Positions 24,764 through 37,400 of a stretch of DNA of 64,000 nt are shown here, in pieces. Source of the DNA: Picochlorum sp. SENEW3 (lineage: Eukaryota). Numbering within the stretch: the first letter of the stretch is position 1; every line of letters starts with the position of its first letter. The translations under genes and the position numbers were made by a program. The DNA lies in contig CP120455.1 of NCBI GenBank assembly GCA_034226945.1, positions 62,001 through 126,000 of the forward strand, in the 5' to 3' direction. Under the pieces are notes generated by a model. That model saw only the letters and a program-made list of their open reading frames with translations, was not told where the DNA came from and did no database searches.

Positions 24764-25023
24764 CAAAAGACTCATGGCCGAAGGCCATGGAGTTCGGCAT
24801 TCGCCAAACGGGTCACACTAGTAGTACGGTATGGAGATTTTGGATTGATGTTCCGAAGGAAAATTCTGACGTTACAATCACCATGTACGTCAAGCACTTC
24901 AAGCTGGCTCCATATGCAGAGGACATTCTGCATGGCATCAAGAGCTGGATCTCACCAGCCACTCTGACGACATGGCAGAGGACATATCACTTGTGGAATT
25001 AATGCATTACAGGATTATATTGA

Positions 25024-26514
25024 CTATTTGACGTTATACTGTGTATCATACTGACCCATTTCTTCATCAGTCAGCAATGCAGAATCAAGCTGTCTGCAAA
25101 TTGCTTCCTCATCCATGCCAGCTCCGATGAAGACAATCTCCTGTCGTCTGTCCCCATATACTCCATCAAAGTCAGCCAGGATGCTCTGTTTCGGAGCCTC
25201 ATCCTCTGGCCACTCGTTCTCTGGAATAGCTGCCCACCATTCTCCTTCATCTCGAATTTCAAAGTGCTGTCCAGCATGGCTCCAGTAAAACGCTGTCGAG
25301 TGAGAATTTGATATCCACATAAATCCTTTTGATCTCAACACTGTCTTGATCGGACTCTCCGACAGATCATCAGGCATGTCATGCTTCTCCACCTCTTTGT
25401 TATGTGTGACTGGCATCCAACGAAGCACCAAATCCTTCAAACGCTGCGGATGGAATGGCTTGCGCCTCTCATAGACAAAGCTCACAATTCCAAATCTGGA
25501 CTCCGCAGTCGTCTTTTGTCGCTTTGATGCACACTCGGAGCAATCATCATCATGATGATGCTCGTGATCATGATGATGGTGACCATGATGATGCTCGTGA
25601 CCATGCTCATGATGATGCTTGTGATCGTGATGATGACCGTGATGCTCATGATGATGATGATGATCATGGTGTTCATCTTTCTTTTCATCGTGAGCAGCTT
25701 TAACCGCTGCAACAGAACCTCGGTGGTGCGCTTCAGTATTCAACGCCGACACCAAGGCAGCTGCCTCCCGCCCAAACATTTCATCAATCTCAACATTACC
25801 ATGCTCACACGGAATCACTCTGGCAAGCGGATTCAAAGACGTCATAATAGCCTCCAGACTATCCACAGTCTTCTCATCCAGCAAATCACACTTGTTCAAC
25901 AGAATGAAATCAGCACATTCAATCTGCTCCACCAACAAGTCTACCACTGGTCTCATACCACCACCCTCCCCAAGCTCTGGTCGAGCCGCCACGGGCGCCT
26001 TTGAAGAATAATCCTTGATAAACGTCGCAGAATCCACCACAGTCACCAACGTATCCAGGTGCACCTTCTCCACCAGTGGATGCCCCACAGCCCTGGCATC
26101 ATTAAACTGGTCCCTGATATTCTGTGGTTCAGCCACACCACTATTCTCAAGCACAATCCGATCATACACAATCCCACGCTTCTTCGCAATATTCAAAAGA
26201 TTCTCGAAAGAATCGAAAAGCTCATCCGCAATGCTGCAGCAAGCGCACCCATTCGCCAACTCTATCGTGTCTGTCAAATCTGCTGTCGAGTTCTTCTTCT
26301 TCTTCCCACTCTCATCCCCTCCACCTGAGGACTTGTCCGTCCCACGAATCAGCTTCGCATCGATATTAACACTTGCCACATCATTTACAATACACCCAAT
26401 CTTCAAATCAGACTGTTGAAGCAAGTGACGAAGCAACGTCGTCTTGCCTGCTCCAAGAAACCCACTCAACATGGACACCGGCACTGAACGTGCCTCAACA
26501 CCATCCCCAGACAT
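25024..26514 (-). CDS. COG0523/CobW-family metal-chaperone GTPase with His-rich insert
   Basis: LSGFLGAGKTT, ELANGCACC (CxCC), ENSG, LNKCD, long poly-His segment, CobW_C (LRSKGFMW...GDRRQEIVFIG). Confidence 0.95.
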   Translation of the reverse strand: MSGDGVEARSVPVSMLSGFLGAGKTTLLRHLLQQSDLKIGCIVNDVASVNIDAKLIRGTDKSSGGGDESGKKKKNSTADLTDTIELANGCACCSIADELFDSFENLLNIAKKRGIVYDRIVLENSGVAEPQNIRDQFNDARAVGHPLVEKVHLDTLVTVVDSATFIKDYSSKAPVAARPELGEGGGMRPVVDLLVEQIECADFILLNKCDLLDEKTVDSLEAIMTSLNPLARVIPCEHGNVEIDEMFGREAAALVSALNTEAHHRGSVAAVKAAHDEKKDEHHDHHHHHEHHGHHHDHKHHHEHGHEHHHGHHHHDHEHHHDDDCSECASKRQKTTAESRFGIVSFVYERRKPFHPQRLKDLVLRWMPVTHNKEVEKHDMPDDLSESPIKTVLRSKGFMWISNSHSTAFYWSHAGQHFEIRDEGEWWAAIPENEWPEDEAPKQSILADFDGVYGDRRQEIVFIGAGMDEEAICRQLDSALLTDEEMGQYDTQYNVK

Positions 26515-26788
26515 TGGCAATAGTATCAGTAATTCCTGAAAAAGAAATATAATCGATCAGAAAACTTCTTCGCGGTCGTGTATGAGAATTGTGATTCAAA
26601 CGGTTGAAAACTCGCAATCCACAGAATCTCGAATTCCTTGTTCTTCCACTCAATACACAAAATATGTATATATATATATATATCACTATGCATAAAAAAT
26701 TAATGTGTGGCTGGTGGAATCAATTCCCACATGTCCATTCAAATCCGCAGAGAGAATCTGTCTCTCTCTCTCTCTCCGGATCCACGAT

Positions 26789-26839
26789 GCACCTTCCAGC
26801 ACCCCTTGCACCACTCCAGCAAGGGGTGCTGGAAGGTGC
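26789..26839. repeat. Perfect 21-bp inverted repeat with 9-nt loop
   Basis: gcaccttccagcaccccttgc-accactcca-gcaaggggtgctggaaggtgc, just downstream of a (CT)n tract. Confidence 0.9.
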
Positions 26840-28604
26840 TGGGTTTCCGACAATACGGTACGCTGTTGTGTAGAATTTTTCCCATGCAGTGAACTGGTAT
26901 GCCGAATGATGATAACAACATGCGTTTGTCTGTTTCTTGTGCAGGGTGACTGCCCATTTTGTGCCACAGACTAGTACTGATGGCAAGGAATCTGCTGGTG
27001 GTCAAAAGGTGACTCTGCTGATAAAGTTTGATCCTTCTGTGTTGGAACGAGAGGCCATGTTGTCTCAGATCGAATGAATTCAACATCTTTAATTTACCGT
27101 AGTGACCATAAATATGAGTCGATTTTTAAGTGTCTCGCCGGTTAGCCTTCGGACACATTAGTCGATGCTCAGACTGGCCAGGAGGGCACCAGATTTTGGT
27201 CTTAGAGCCATCTGTTGGCCACATCAAGCCATTCAATGGTATTTACAAAGTTATTAAATGCATACGAATCCCATTTCACACACGAAGGGAGGCCTGAAGT
27301 GTCTATTCTGGCATTCAGGAGCTATTCTGACCTGTCTCCTCATTCAGGGCAAGTTCATCCAAGCCTTCCACAATCTCCTCCTCGTCATCAGTAAGCCCAT
27401 ACTCCCTCTCCTCCGCATCGTCATCTGGGCAATCCTTAGAATCATACTCTGATATTTCTCCGGAGCATTCTGTTGTCTCTCCTTCTTCCATGCCAACATC
27501 TTCCTCCTGACTGTGTTGTTGCCTTTTCTTCCTCCCTGGTCTAGGGATGAACTGAAGACCCAGCTCAATATCAGATATGCCTCCACTCATGTGCTTGAAG
27601 AATATCTTTCTCTTCTCTTCCAGCGCTCTTTCTGGTACACTCTGCACCTGTTCGTTCCAAGCTTGGTCATACCCTCTCCAACGCTCTGCATAATTATGAA
27701 TTCTCCCCTTGTAAAACTCCTCCAGAACAACGTTCCCTGCTACTTTTCATACTGTTTGTGATTATCTTCTTATTGATGGATTCATATGAGGTAATAAGAG
27801 CTTCATATAAGAAGGGACTTTGCCTTGGATGCCCACTCGAACTCACTCTTGATTCTGGGTTGACTTCTTGTGCCTCCTGTATCACCCTTTACATCCAAAT
27901 GAAATTCTGTTCCATCTTCGACTGCGATATCTCCTTATTCCAATAACAATACCTTCATCAAAACCTTGCACATCAGGATCATCTTGTTGCCCAGATAGAA
28001 GTTTGATGCTGTACAGTTACCAAACTGGAGTTTGAATTTGAATATTTCTCAACAAACCTTGGCTTCTGTTGTTGCACAAACCAGGTAACAGATTTATGTA
28101 TGTGTTCAATAGATGCAAATGAATATGATTGTGTGTGTTATCGTCTGATTGGCCACTCCATGGCTCAGCACCAAGCATCCAGGAGGTACGGTCAATGGGG
28201 GGAATGACCGTCCATGGCCGTGGTCCCATCCACGAGGTCATTTGGGCGGGGCGGGGCACGAAATGAAAGAGGAGATGCAAATAGAGCGATTGGCGGTGTC
28301 CCCGGGTGCAGATTTGCCCTGGATGACGAGTTATCGGCAAATGAAGTTTGTCCAACTCACCATTAGTCGATATAGAGATTCCAACCGGACAGGCCGACCC
28401 ATAATTTTGGTCACTACGGTATTATAATTATAGTTATTTATCGGGATTGTATGTGTGAATCTATAAATCTTTCTTGAGTATAGTACGATACAACTCTCAC
28501 TGTCTGAAGTCTGCATGCGACATTGCAGTCTGTGTTGAGTTCTTTCATTGCTTGTTCTGTTTCAGCAAAGAATCAAATAATAGGAATCCATATATATAAT
28601 AGGA

Positions 28605-31586
28605 ATGGATACTACCTCCACTCCTGTTGATGCTGCTGCTGCTGCTCCGGTGGCTCGTCGTCTTCCTTTGACATTGCTCAGTGGGTTCTTGGGTTCAGGC
28701 AAGACGACGTTGTTGAAGCATATTCTGAAGAATACTGAGAATCTCAGAGTTTGTGTGATTGTGAATGATATGGCTGCGTTGAATATTGACGCTGCTCTGA
28801 TTAAAAATACAAAGCTGATTCAGACGGCAGAAAGGATGATTGAGCTTCAGAATGGTTGTATTTGTTGTACTTTGAGGGAGGATTTGTTGCATGAAGTGGG
28901 CGAGTTGGCACGGTCTGGCAAGTTTGATTATCTGGTGATTGAGAGTACTGGAATTAGTGAGCCTATGCAAGTAGCAGAGACGTTTACAATGGATATTGAT
29001 GATGAACATGGGGCTGTGCAGCCTTTGCATGAGCTTGCAACGCTTGATACGTGTGTTACGGTGGTGGATGCTGCGAATATGCTGATGAATGCGTACGTCA
29101 TTGATTTTGTTGTTTGTTGGTGTATGTGTATATAATATTCATGCATATATATTATCATGTGCAGGGAGAGTGTGCAATCTTTAAGGGATCGTGGAGATGC
29201 AGCACATGACGAGGATGATAGAAATGTGTCAGACTTATTGTTGGATCAGATTGAATTTGCTAATGTCATTTTACTCAATAAGATTGATTTGGTGACTCAA
29301 GATGAGGCCAAGAGACTTTGTGCATTGCTGAGGGCTTTGAATCCGACAGCCAAGGTGATACAAACAATAAATTCAGAAGTTGAATTGAAAGAGATTATTT
29401 CCACTGGATTATTTAGCTTTGAAGAAGCATCTCAGAGTGCTGGATGGCTTAAATCAATGCAAGAAGAAACACCACATACTCCTGAGACTGAAGAATATGG
29501 TATTTCTTCTTTTGTATTCAAAGCTCGGCGACCATTTCATCCAATCAAGATTCATAGATTTATGACAGAGCATTTTGCATTGCAAGAACCTGACTGGAGT
29601 GATGCGATAGCTGATACAAAAATGGACAAGATTGTCAAAGAGGCACAGGATTCTTTGAAACAGGCATTGGATCATCTAGAGGAATCAAAGCAGGCGATTG
29701 AGGGTTTGAAATCCCTGAAAGTGGCTTCATCTTCTGTCGATTCGCTTTTACAATCTCTAAAAGAATCCATGGAATCTGTTTCAAGTACATCAAATGCTTT
29801 GGTCGAGCTGCAAAATATTTCTGCTGAAGAGACGGTTGGAGGCCATGGTGCCTCAAGCTCTGGGACATCAGAGGCATCGAAAGCTTTCGAATCTTTGAAG
29901 AAAAAATATGGTAATGTTTTGAGATCAAAAGGATTTATATGGTTGGCATCAAGGCCGGATTTATGCGGTGAGTGGTCTCAAGCTGGTGCTGTGCTGCGAT
30001 TTACGGTTGGAGGGCCATGGTATGCATCTCTTCCTGATGAAGCATGGCCAGAAGATGAGCAAGATAGGCTTGCTATTTTGAATGATTTTGTCGAACCACA
30101 TGGCGATCGTCGACAGGAACTTGTCTTCATTGGCATTGATATGGATAAGGATGCACTTCATAAAGCGTTGGAAGACTGTTTGTTGGAAGACCACGAAATG
30201 GGACATGAGTTGCATGATGATCCTTTCGGTGAATGGCCAGCACTGGAGGATATTCTTGATGGTGGTGATGAGGATGATCATGATCATGAGCATTGTACAG
30301 ATCATAATCACAATCACATTACGCAGGATATAGAAGGAGATGCCATCACAATACAGTTGGGGACCGTTGTGAAAATAACAGATGGGGCTTCTGAGGCACA
30401 GCAAATTCTGGATTCATTACAACCAGATACGACCGTGATTATCTACTGGCATGCAGAATGGCATGCTGAAGGCTCTGAAATATCAAGAGACATCGAATCT
30501 CATGTCACAAATCTGAATACTTTGGTGTTGCATGTTGATATAGGAAATCATCCACCAAATTGGTCCTTTGCCATGGAAAAAGTGATGACAAAACCTGAAG
30601 CAAGGCGTGCTGGCGCAAAACCGGTTTTGAAAAATGGACTCAAGTGGCCATGCTTTACTGTTCACAATGCACCAGACCTCCAACCTATTGACACCATTGC
30701 AGGTGCCCATGCTGTGAATTCAGTCAAGAAGATTATATCATCATTGCCAGAGGCCCCTGCTGGTGCTTCAAGTATATCTATTTCCCAGATGAAAAGTCCA
30801 ACAGAAGGAATAGCATCCGATGAGGGAAATGCACCAATATCAATATCCTCTATTCCATCACCAGCCATGGGTGCAACCCCAGAAGCAGTGCTATCATTTT
30901 TCCCCCGCTTGGAAAATGGGGCAGTTGAACTACGAGAGCACTTGAAATCCTTCACACAGCAGGATAAAAGTTTATGCATAGTATGGGAAGAGAATGGACT
31001 GCCTCTCAAAGTTCTCAAAGGCTTGCAGTCGATAGTCTCCATTCGCCCTGAGACCAACAATATATTCATAGCAGATGTCGGAGCATCTCCAGGCAATAAA
31101 GCTCTCGCAAAAGCACTAGGAGTAAAAGGTTCTCCTTCTATGTTGATTTTCAGGAACATGAAACTTGATAAGAAGTTTGATGGGCCTGACAAGGTAGTGG
31201 ATGCACTCGCTCAGGAGTATAGAACACTGCCTGCTGAAGTTTTGAGCGTCCCAGGAAAGCCTCTTTCAAAATCCCAGCCAAACACAACCAGTGAACCGTC
31301 TCTGTATGACCCACCTAAAGGGAAACAGAACAGATCTGGCAGTACAAAACTGACACCAGATGGAAAACTTGTCCATTATTTCCCCAATATGCCATGTTTA
31401 CGATGTGGGAACCCTTGGTGGACTTCAGATGATTGGGATGCCCTGTGTGTCCGTTGCAAATGGAACTGCCTCACAGGAGGATATGATGACAACTCAAAGC
31501 CACTTCCCCAGCACAAAGCAGTATGGCAAAAGTACGTGGATTCCATCAAATCAGGAATCACACCCGCCTGGAAGGGAAGCAAGTAA
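28605..31586 (+). CDS. COG0523/CobW-family GTPase fused to thioredoxin-like segments and a C-terminal Cys4 motif; exons 28605-29092 and 29165-31586
   Basis: [60 protein letters not shown]; extension with YWHAEW and [24 protein letters not shown]...CVRCKW. Intron 29093-29164 keeps the frame. Confidence 0.92.
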
Positions 31587-31739
31587 TCACCATGCATCCT
31601 TCATGATGTTTCATTCACTCAACAGAGGTCAACGTTTGACTTATCTGTTGCTATAGGCAATCCCCTTTGCGCTACAGTTGTTTCAATTATATCATTTAAT
31701 ATTTTATTCAATTCTATAGGCTACGATGTATTTGTTGTC

Positions 31740-32912
31740 ATGAGGGAAATAGGAATACGATCACATAAATCTTGGCATAGGCGTTTGAAGTTTGCCTCTC
31801 GAGGAGGACTGAAAACCGCTGCCCAGCTATCAGCTAGCGTCGTAGCACTCACAACAATATTTAATTTGTTTATATTCCACCACGATGCTACAGGTATCAG
31901 TATTGCTGCAAATCAAAAGATCTACAAGTTTTTCGACGCTGGTCGTTCGTACAGAGACCTGAACCTCTCTTGTCCAGTCCCTTGGGTATGCATATTCTCT
32001 CTTCTGTTCAGATGAAACACATTCAGATATATGAGTTGAATGATTCATTCTTTTCATTTTCAGGAGTGGACAGACAACATGACCGAGTCAGATGCCATTT
32101 GGTTCAATGTCCTTGACAACAGATATCTCTCTTCAGGGGTAGTGGGCCACAGGATGACGTTCAAGGACTATCCAAAAGATTCATTGAAAGTATTTATGTC
32201 TCTTGAGAGTGAGGTATACTATCCATTCATGGTCCAAGCAGACACGGTATTTGATTACGTTGTTGATTACAGAATCTGGGGGGATACACAAAAAAAGGAC
32301 AGTCACATCCCAGCCGTGTACCTGACAAATCAGGAGCAGCAGGATACGATGATGGACTTTAGAAAGCCAGCCAAGTTCCCAAAGAGACAAGATGCGTACA
32401 TGGCAGCATTTATAAGTAACTGTGGTGCTATGAACAACCGCCAACAGTATTTGGAAGAGCTCATGAAGCATATGCAAATTCATTCATATGGCCGTTGCCA
32501 TCACAATAAGGATGAACCAAAGTCGTCAACTATATCTAAATATCAGAGAAAGCTGGATATTGGTGGTGAATACTACTTTTGGTTCACAGCAGAGAATTCA
32601 AATGCCGAGTCATATGTGACTGAAAAGATTTATGATGCCTTGAATGCTGGTGTGGTTCCAGTTTACTTTGGAGCACCCAATGTGCAAAGATTCATACCAC
32701 ATCCATCAGCAGTTATCATGGCTGACCAATATTCTCCTCAAGAGCTGGCACGCTTATTAACGCGTATAGCAGAGGACCCAAAGGAGTATGAAAAGTATCT
32801 AGCATGGAAGAAGCAGCCGTATTCAAAGGATTTCCAAAGGATTCTTCACCTGGCCAGTAGAACTGTTCAATGCCGTCTGGCAATGCGTCTTGAAGGATTA
32901 GACATCGAATAG
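31740..32912 (+). CDS. Alpha-1,3/4-fucosyltransferase (GT10); exons 31740-31985 and 32064-32912 (5' start uncertain)
   Basis: N-terminal TM anchor; AFISNC, IHSYGRC and Y.F.FTAENS...YVTEKIYDAL.AG.VPVYFG GT10 motif; intron 31986-32063 is in frame. Confidence 0.88.
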
Positions 32913-33136
32913 TGTATAACACATTATCAGTATGATTACGATGATTGATCGATATCGATATCGATATATTTATCGATAAAAATCAGTTGAAGCGAAATAG
33001 CTGAAAACCAACCCAAGCCCCAGCCAATTGGCCATTGCTCTGGCAGCAGTCATGTCCAGCGAGGTGACATGGAGTTGATAGATAGACCAATACTCTAGAC
33101 TCTCAACGGATACTTTATTTAAATTAATCTAGCACA

Positions 33137-33571
33137 ATGGCAGGTATGTTATAAAGAAGAATCAATATCCACTCCACCAATATCAGTAGCAACGTAGCTG
33201 GCGGAAAGAAGACAGACGGCATGGTGTGCGAGTAGAGGCATTATTACTGGGAAACATACATTTCAGCCGCACCATTTGTATGTTCTCACCATATATATTC
33301 ATATCATTGAATATATACTGAGTAATTGCGCTTTCCTGTGGGTAATAGACTCTACGACGACAGCCGCCCCAGCCGCAGCGATTCGTACTGTCCCAGCAAC
33401 GATCACTATTTTGGCGTCTCGCGTGATCAGTTATGATTAATAATTATGTCTCTTGCAGGAAATAACGAAAAGGCCCGCAAGGCCGCCAAGGCTGTGAAGA
33501 AGAGCCAACCGTCTGGATTCTCGCATTACCTCGATGAGCAGGGTATACACCTGTGGACCAGGCCAAATTGA
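33137..33571 (+). pseudogene. Truncated 5' fragment resembling 60S ribosomal protein L23a (uL23 N-terminal extension)
   Basis: ATGGCAG|gt (33137-33143), intron to ag at 33458, then GNNEKARKAAKAVKKSQ followed by unrelated sequence and TGA at 33569-33571; no uL23 core follows. Confidence 0.45.
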
Positions 33572-33999
33572 TCCTTGATGAAGACCTCAACGTGTGGGAG
33601 GAATATCTCACTGAATAGCGTTACATCCCTGAACAACAATCCCATCATGGACAGGACAGAGTCTGCTCCATCACCGGAGAGTATGGATACAAAAGTGCAC
33701 CAGGCGACTGACGATGATATTTAATACCCAAGTGATCTGAACCTCTTCTCCTGCACCACCACCTCCGTCGCGATCTGACGAGAGAGACGGGGCAAGCAAC
33801 CAAAATTGAATATCCTCGGGGGGGGGGGCATGAGGGAGCAGGTCAGCATGGCAACCCACCATGAGCTCAAACAAAAAAGATCAACAACAAGACAGATTCC
33901 GTAATTGAATATAGTTTAAGATGGCTCGCGATGGGGTGGCGACGGGCTATGGCGGGCAGAAAATTCGGAAAAGGGTCCTTGAAACCACCTGTCGTGGTG

Positions 34000-34071
34000 T
34001 CCGATGTGGTCCAGTGGTATGGATATCTGGCTTTCACCCAGAAGACCTGGGTTCAATTCCCAGCATTGGAG
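34000..34071 (+). tRNA. tRNA-Glu (anticodon TTC)
   Basis: Cloverleaf TCCGATG...CATTGGA; anticodon loop CTTTCAC; T-arm CTGGG-TTCAATT-CCCAG; followed by a T8 Pol III terminator. Confidence 0.95.
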
Positions 34072-34420
34072 GTTTTTTTTAAGGAACTTTCCCGCCACAT
34101 GAGTACACTCAACTCTCGAGCGTTTTGACTTACGAATGACAAACAATTTGCGACTCGAGTCGCGACACCAAGGATATATATATATATATCTTTATCTTCT
34201 GACACGGAGTTCCTTAATTTTGCACCTAGAAGGCGTTTGGCATAGAGTCAAACACAACTGACGAGTCAAACTCGTCCGAAATTCTTGTACGTGTTGTTGT
34301 ATCTCATGTCCTAAAGGTTGAATGATGTTCTCAAAGCGCCTTGTATGAGACAGTGAACATGAAAGGCACGTTCGGACTGCGTATGGTAATTCTGTGGTAT
34401 CCCGTTTGCAGGTCTTCCCA

Positions 34421-37400
34421 ATGGATCGGAGAGAAGAGACCTCAAAGAACACGAGACGAGGCATGTTCGGTTATCCACCAATGGCAACTCGACACCCTCA
34501 GCCTACATATTCGGATGAGGCGGATGGTGACCAGGATACTGGTGCAACAGCAGCAGAGGTGGTGGGTCTTACGAGGAAGCGGTCGAGGTCTAGCATGCTG
34601 AGAGGCAGTGTATTAACAGACCTTGACATATTTCTTTCGGAAGGAGAATGTCATATTGTTATTCCAGATTCTCAACCGACAGATCCGGATGAGGATAGTC
34701 ATGATGAGAACACTGGTGCAGCAGCACTGGAGGAAGAAGAGGCTGTTGTTTCACCTCCTGCAGTCCATAACGATCAAGGTGTGAATGTCGTTCTAACACC
34801 TGCGTAATTGATACCATTATCCAACCACGTCTCGCCTGATTTCGTGCAGATTTGGCGACTGGTGGACGTACAGACAAACGAAGTGGAGTCAAAAGGAGCA
34901 GGTGTGTGTGTGTTCATCTCTGTTCCAGGCTCTGGCCGAGATAGTGCCTGACCGTTCGTATTGTATTAACGCAGAAATTCTTCTTCTCGTTCGTTTCCAT
35001 GGTCTGATATGAGCCTCAACGAGAGAATGAGCAGGTGCAGGGAGGTCGCTGGGAAAGTAGAGACCCTCGTTGGACAGCCATTGCCAGATACTCTGGCATG
35101 TATTCGTGGCTGCATTGCTGACGTGTCAATCACATCGAGAGCGGCAATCTATAGTTTATTTGAAGAGGATGCTTTGTTGGAAGTTCCAGCAGAGTTGAGG
35201 AACGTGTCGTGGCAAGATGATGCAGAGTTTGTGGCGGGGTCAACTCGAAGAGCAGCGGAGAACTTGCCTGACGCAGGCATCCATGCCATTCCAACCCTGT
35301 TGGCAGTGCTATTTCACTACGACTTTCATCAAACGTGGAACAAAGGTGAATTCGAGAGGGCTGTGGCATCCGGCCGTCGGGCATTGTATGGGTACATCCA
35401 ACAGCTCATCAGGAGCCATGGCATGGCTGGCGCAGGCTCGCGCAATTGGTCTCTGGCCATCCGAGAAGACTGTAAACCACTGGCCCCTCATCTCAGAGCC
35501 ATCTTCCAGAGTAAAGAGGCTGCTGTCCTGGTATACTCGAACGATGATGAAAGGATCGACTTGCGATTTGGACTGGAAGACGTGCTGGCGACGTACCTCA
35601 CGAAGCGCAAACTGATTTGGTCTGTGGATCACAGGTACAACGCCTTTTGGTGCAGTCACGTCGTGGCGTGGGTGCGAGAATCTTTTTCGATCATAGAAGA
35701 CTTTTGCGCGGGAGTGTCGCGGGATGACATTGTCTATGCTGGCGAGGGAATTTTGAGTACCAATCGACTGATTGTCTGGGCCTCTGGACGAATGTGTACC
35801 ACGGCAAGATGCGCCGGATTGTTGACAAAAGTGAGCGAAAGCGGTATGATTTGCCCATGTGTAATGGATGTCGACACGAAAGAGCCCTGCAAGGTGCGCA
35901 TTCACCAGGCAGTGGGCATGATCAAATATGGTGTGAACAGGAAGACATTGGGGAGCGAATGGTACGAACGAGAGGGCATCACGTTGGATCATATGGCAAG
36001 GGACACTGCATATTTTGGCATCTTTCAATTGATGGCAGCAACATGGGAAGAGCAGTGCCTCAATAAGACCTGTCTGCAGGACATTGCCCCTGAGAAATTC
36101 CAGCCACTTGAGGCGCTGCAGCACGACGCAGATACCAAAGCTGCCATCCTGGAGAATGGCGAAAAGGGGTGGAAACAATGCAGAGTACGGGTGGATTCGT
36201 ATGCAAGTGCAGATCTTGCCGAATGCCGCAGAAACAAAGAGACGGTGGTGACAGGCTTGTGTGAGTGCCACGAGCCACTGATGTACCATCCGACCTTTCA
36301 TTGTCTCAGACTAGAGGTGAGGGAGTCGAGTTACATATATTTGAACGTCAGGAATCTGTCAAGACTGTGCTTTCCGGAAAGATCGTCGTATTTTGTACGA
36401 ACCCCATCAGTGTTTGGATATCCCATTCATCACCTCGTGCACGACACCATGTGTGACGATGATTCAGTAACCTTGGTCGGTCAGGGAACTGATGGAAAAT
36501 ATCACATATATGTAGTTGATCACGTGCAGAATGATCCGACAGATGCGAGCCTCGTGCAAATGCTGACAATGTCTGAGAACACAGCCAAAGATGTTGGCCT
36601 GCCAGTGAAAGCTCGTCTTCTGCTGCCAGGCTGTGATGATGGCGGCCTTTCCGAAAACCGAAGATACATCGACGTTTCTGAAGGAGATAAAACATCGATG
36701 GCATTAAAGATTCAAGAGCACTTCAAATCGCCAGGCTTTGAGGGGGATGTGATTGCAGAAAGGATTTGCAGCCTGAGTGTTAAAACAATAGTCTGCTGCT
36801 GGTTTGGAAACAGACGAGGAGTCCATAGGGATTACAACAAACATGTTATTGTCGACGAAGCAGAAAGTCTTGAATCGTACACAAAATGTCGGGAATGTAT
36901 TTACAAGATCTGGCACACTGCAGTAGAATCCAATAATGCCACCGAATATATCACGAGCCAGGCACAGATGAAGGCACGCATACTGCATATTACAGGCGCC
37001 CCAGGCATACCAGATCATTTTTTCGAGAGTGCGTGGATCTTCAATGCACATCCCAAGTATAGGCGTGAGGTTTTCAAAACTTTGGGGAATGGGGCTGTGG
37101 TTGATGTGACACTCATCTTTGATGCCTCCCCAGACCGAGCATTCACCGAGTATACCATCAAGGATCTGATAGACAATGAGTCAGGCACAGTCTCTGGATA
37201 TATTGGGGTGGTAAACTTTGTCTTGTCTCGACCAACACCCATGGAAGGCACCTGGATGAAGAACAAACATGCATGGTATTTGGAAATCCACAAAGCACTC
37301 GATGTCAAAGGAGACGAGAATACAAAAAAGAAGTACTTGTTCAACAGGTTTGAAATCACCAACAAGGCCGTAGACATTGCTCGCCTGCGAACCAGAAAGA

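Noticed and set aside
24757..25002. 81-aa ORF downstream of the hairpin cluster
   Set aside because: Could be a gene fragment, but there is no recognisable family, clear start context or splice partner.
25455..26004. Met/Asp-rich repetitive ORFs on the + strand
   Set aside because: Reverse complement of the poly-His tract of the COG0523 gene.
33144..33458. Possible intronic snoRNA in the RPL23a-like intron
   Set aside because: An ACA trinucleotide is present, but no convincing H/ACA hairpins or C/D box pair could be identified by eye.
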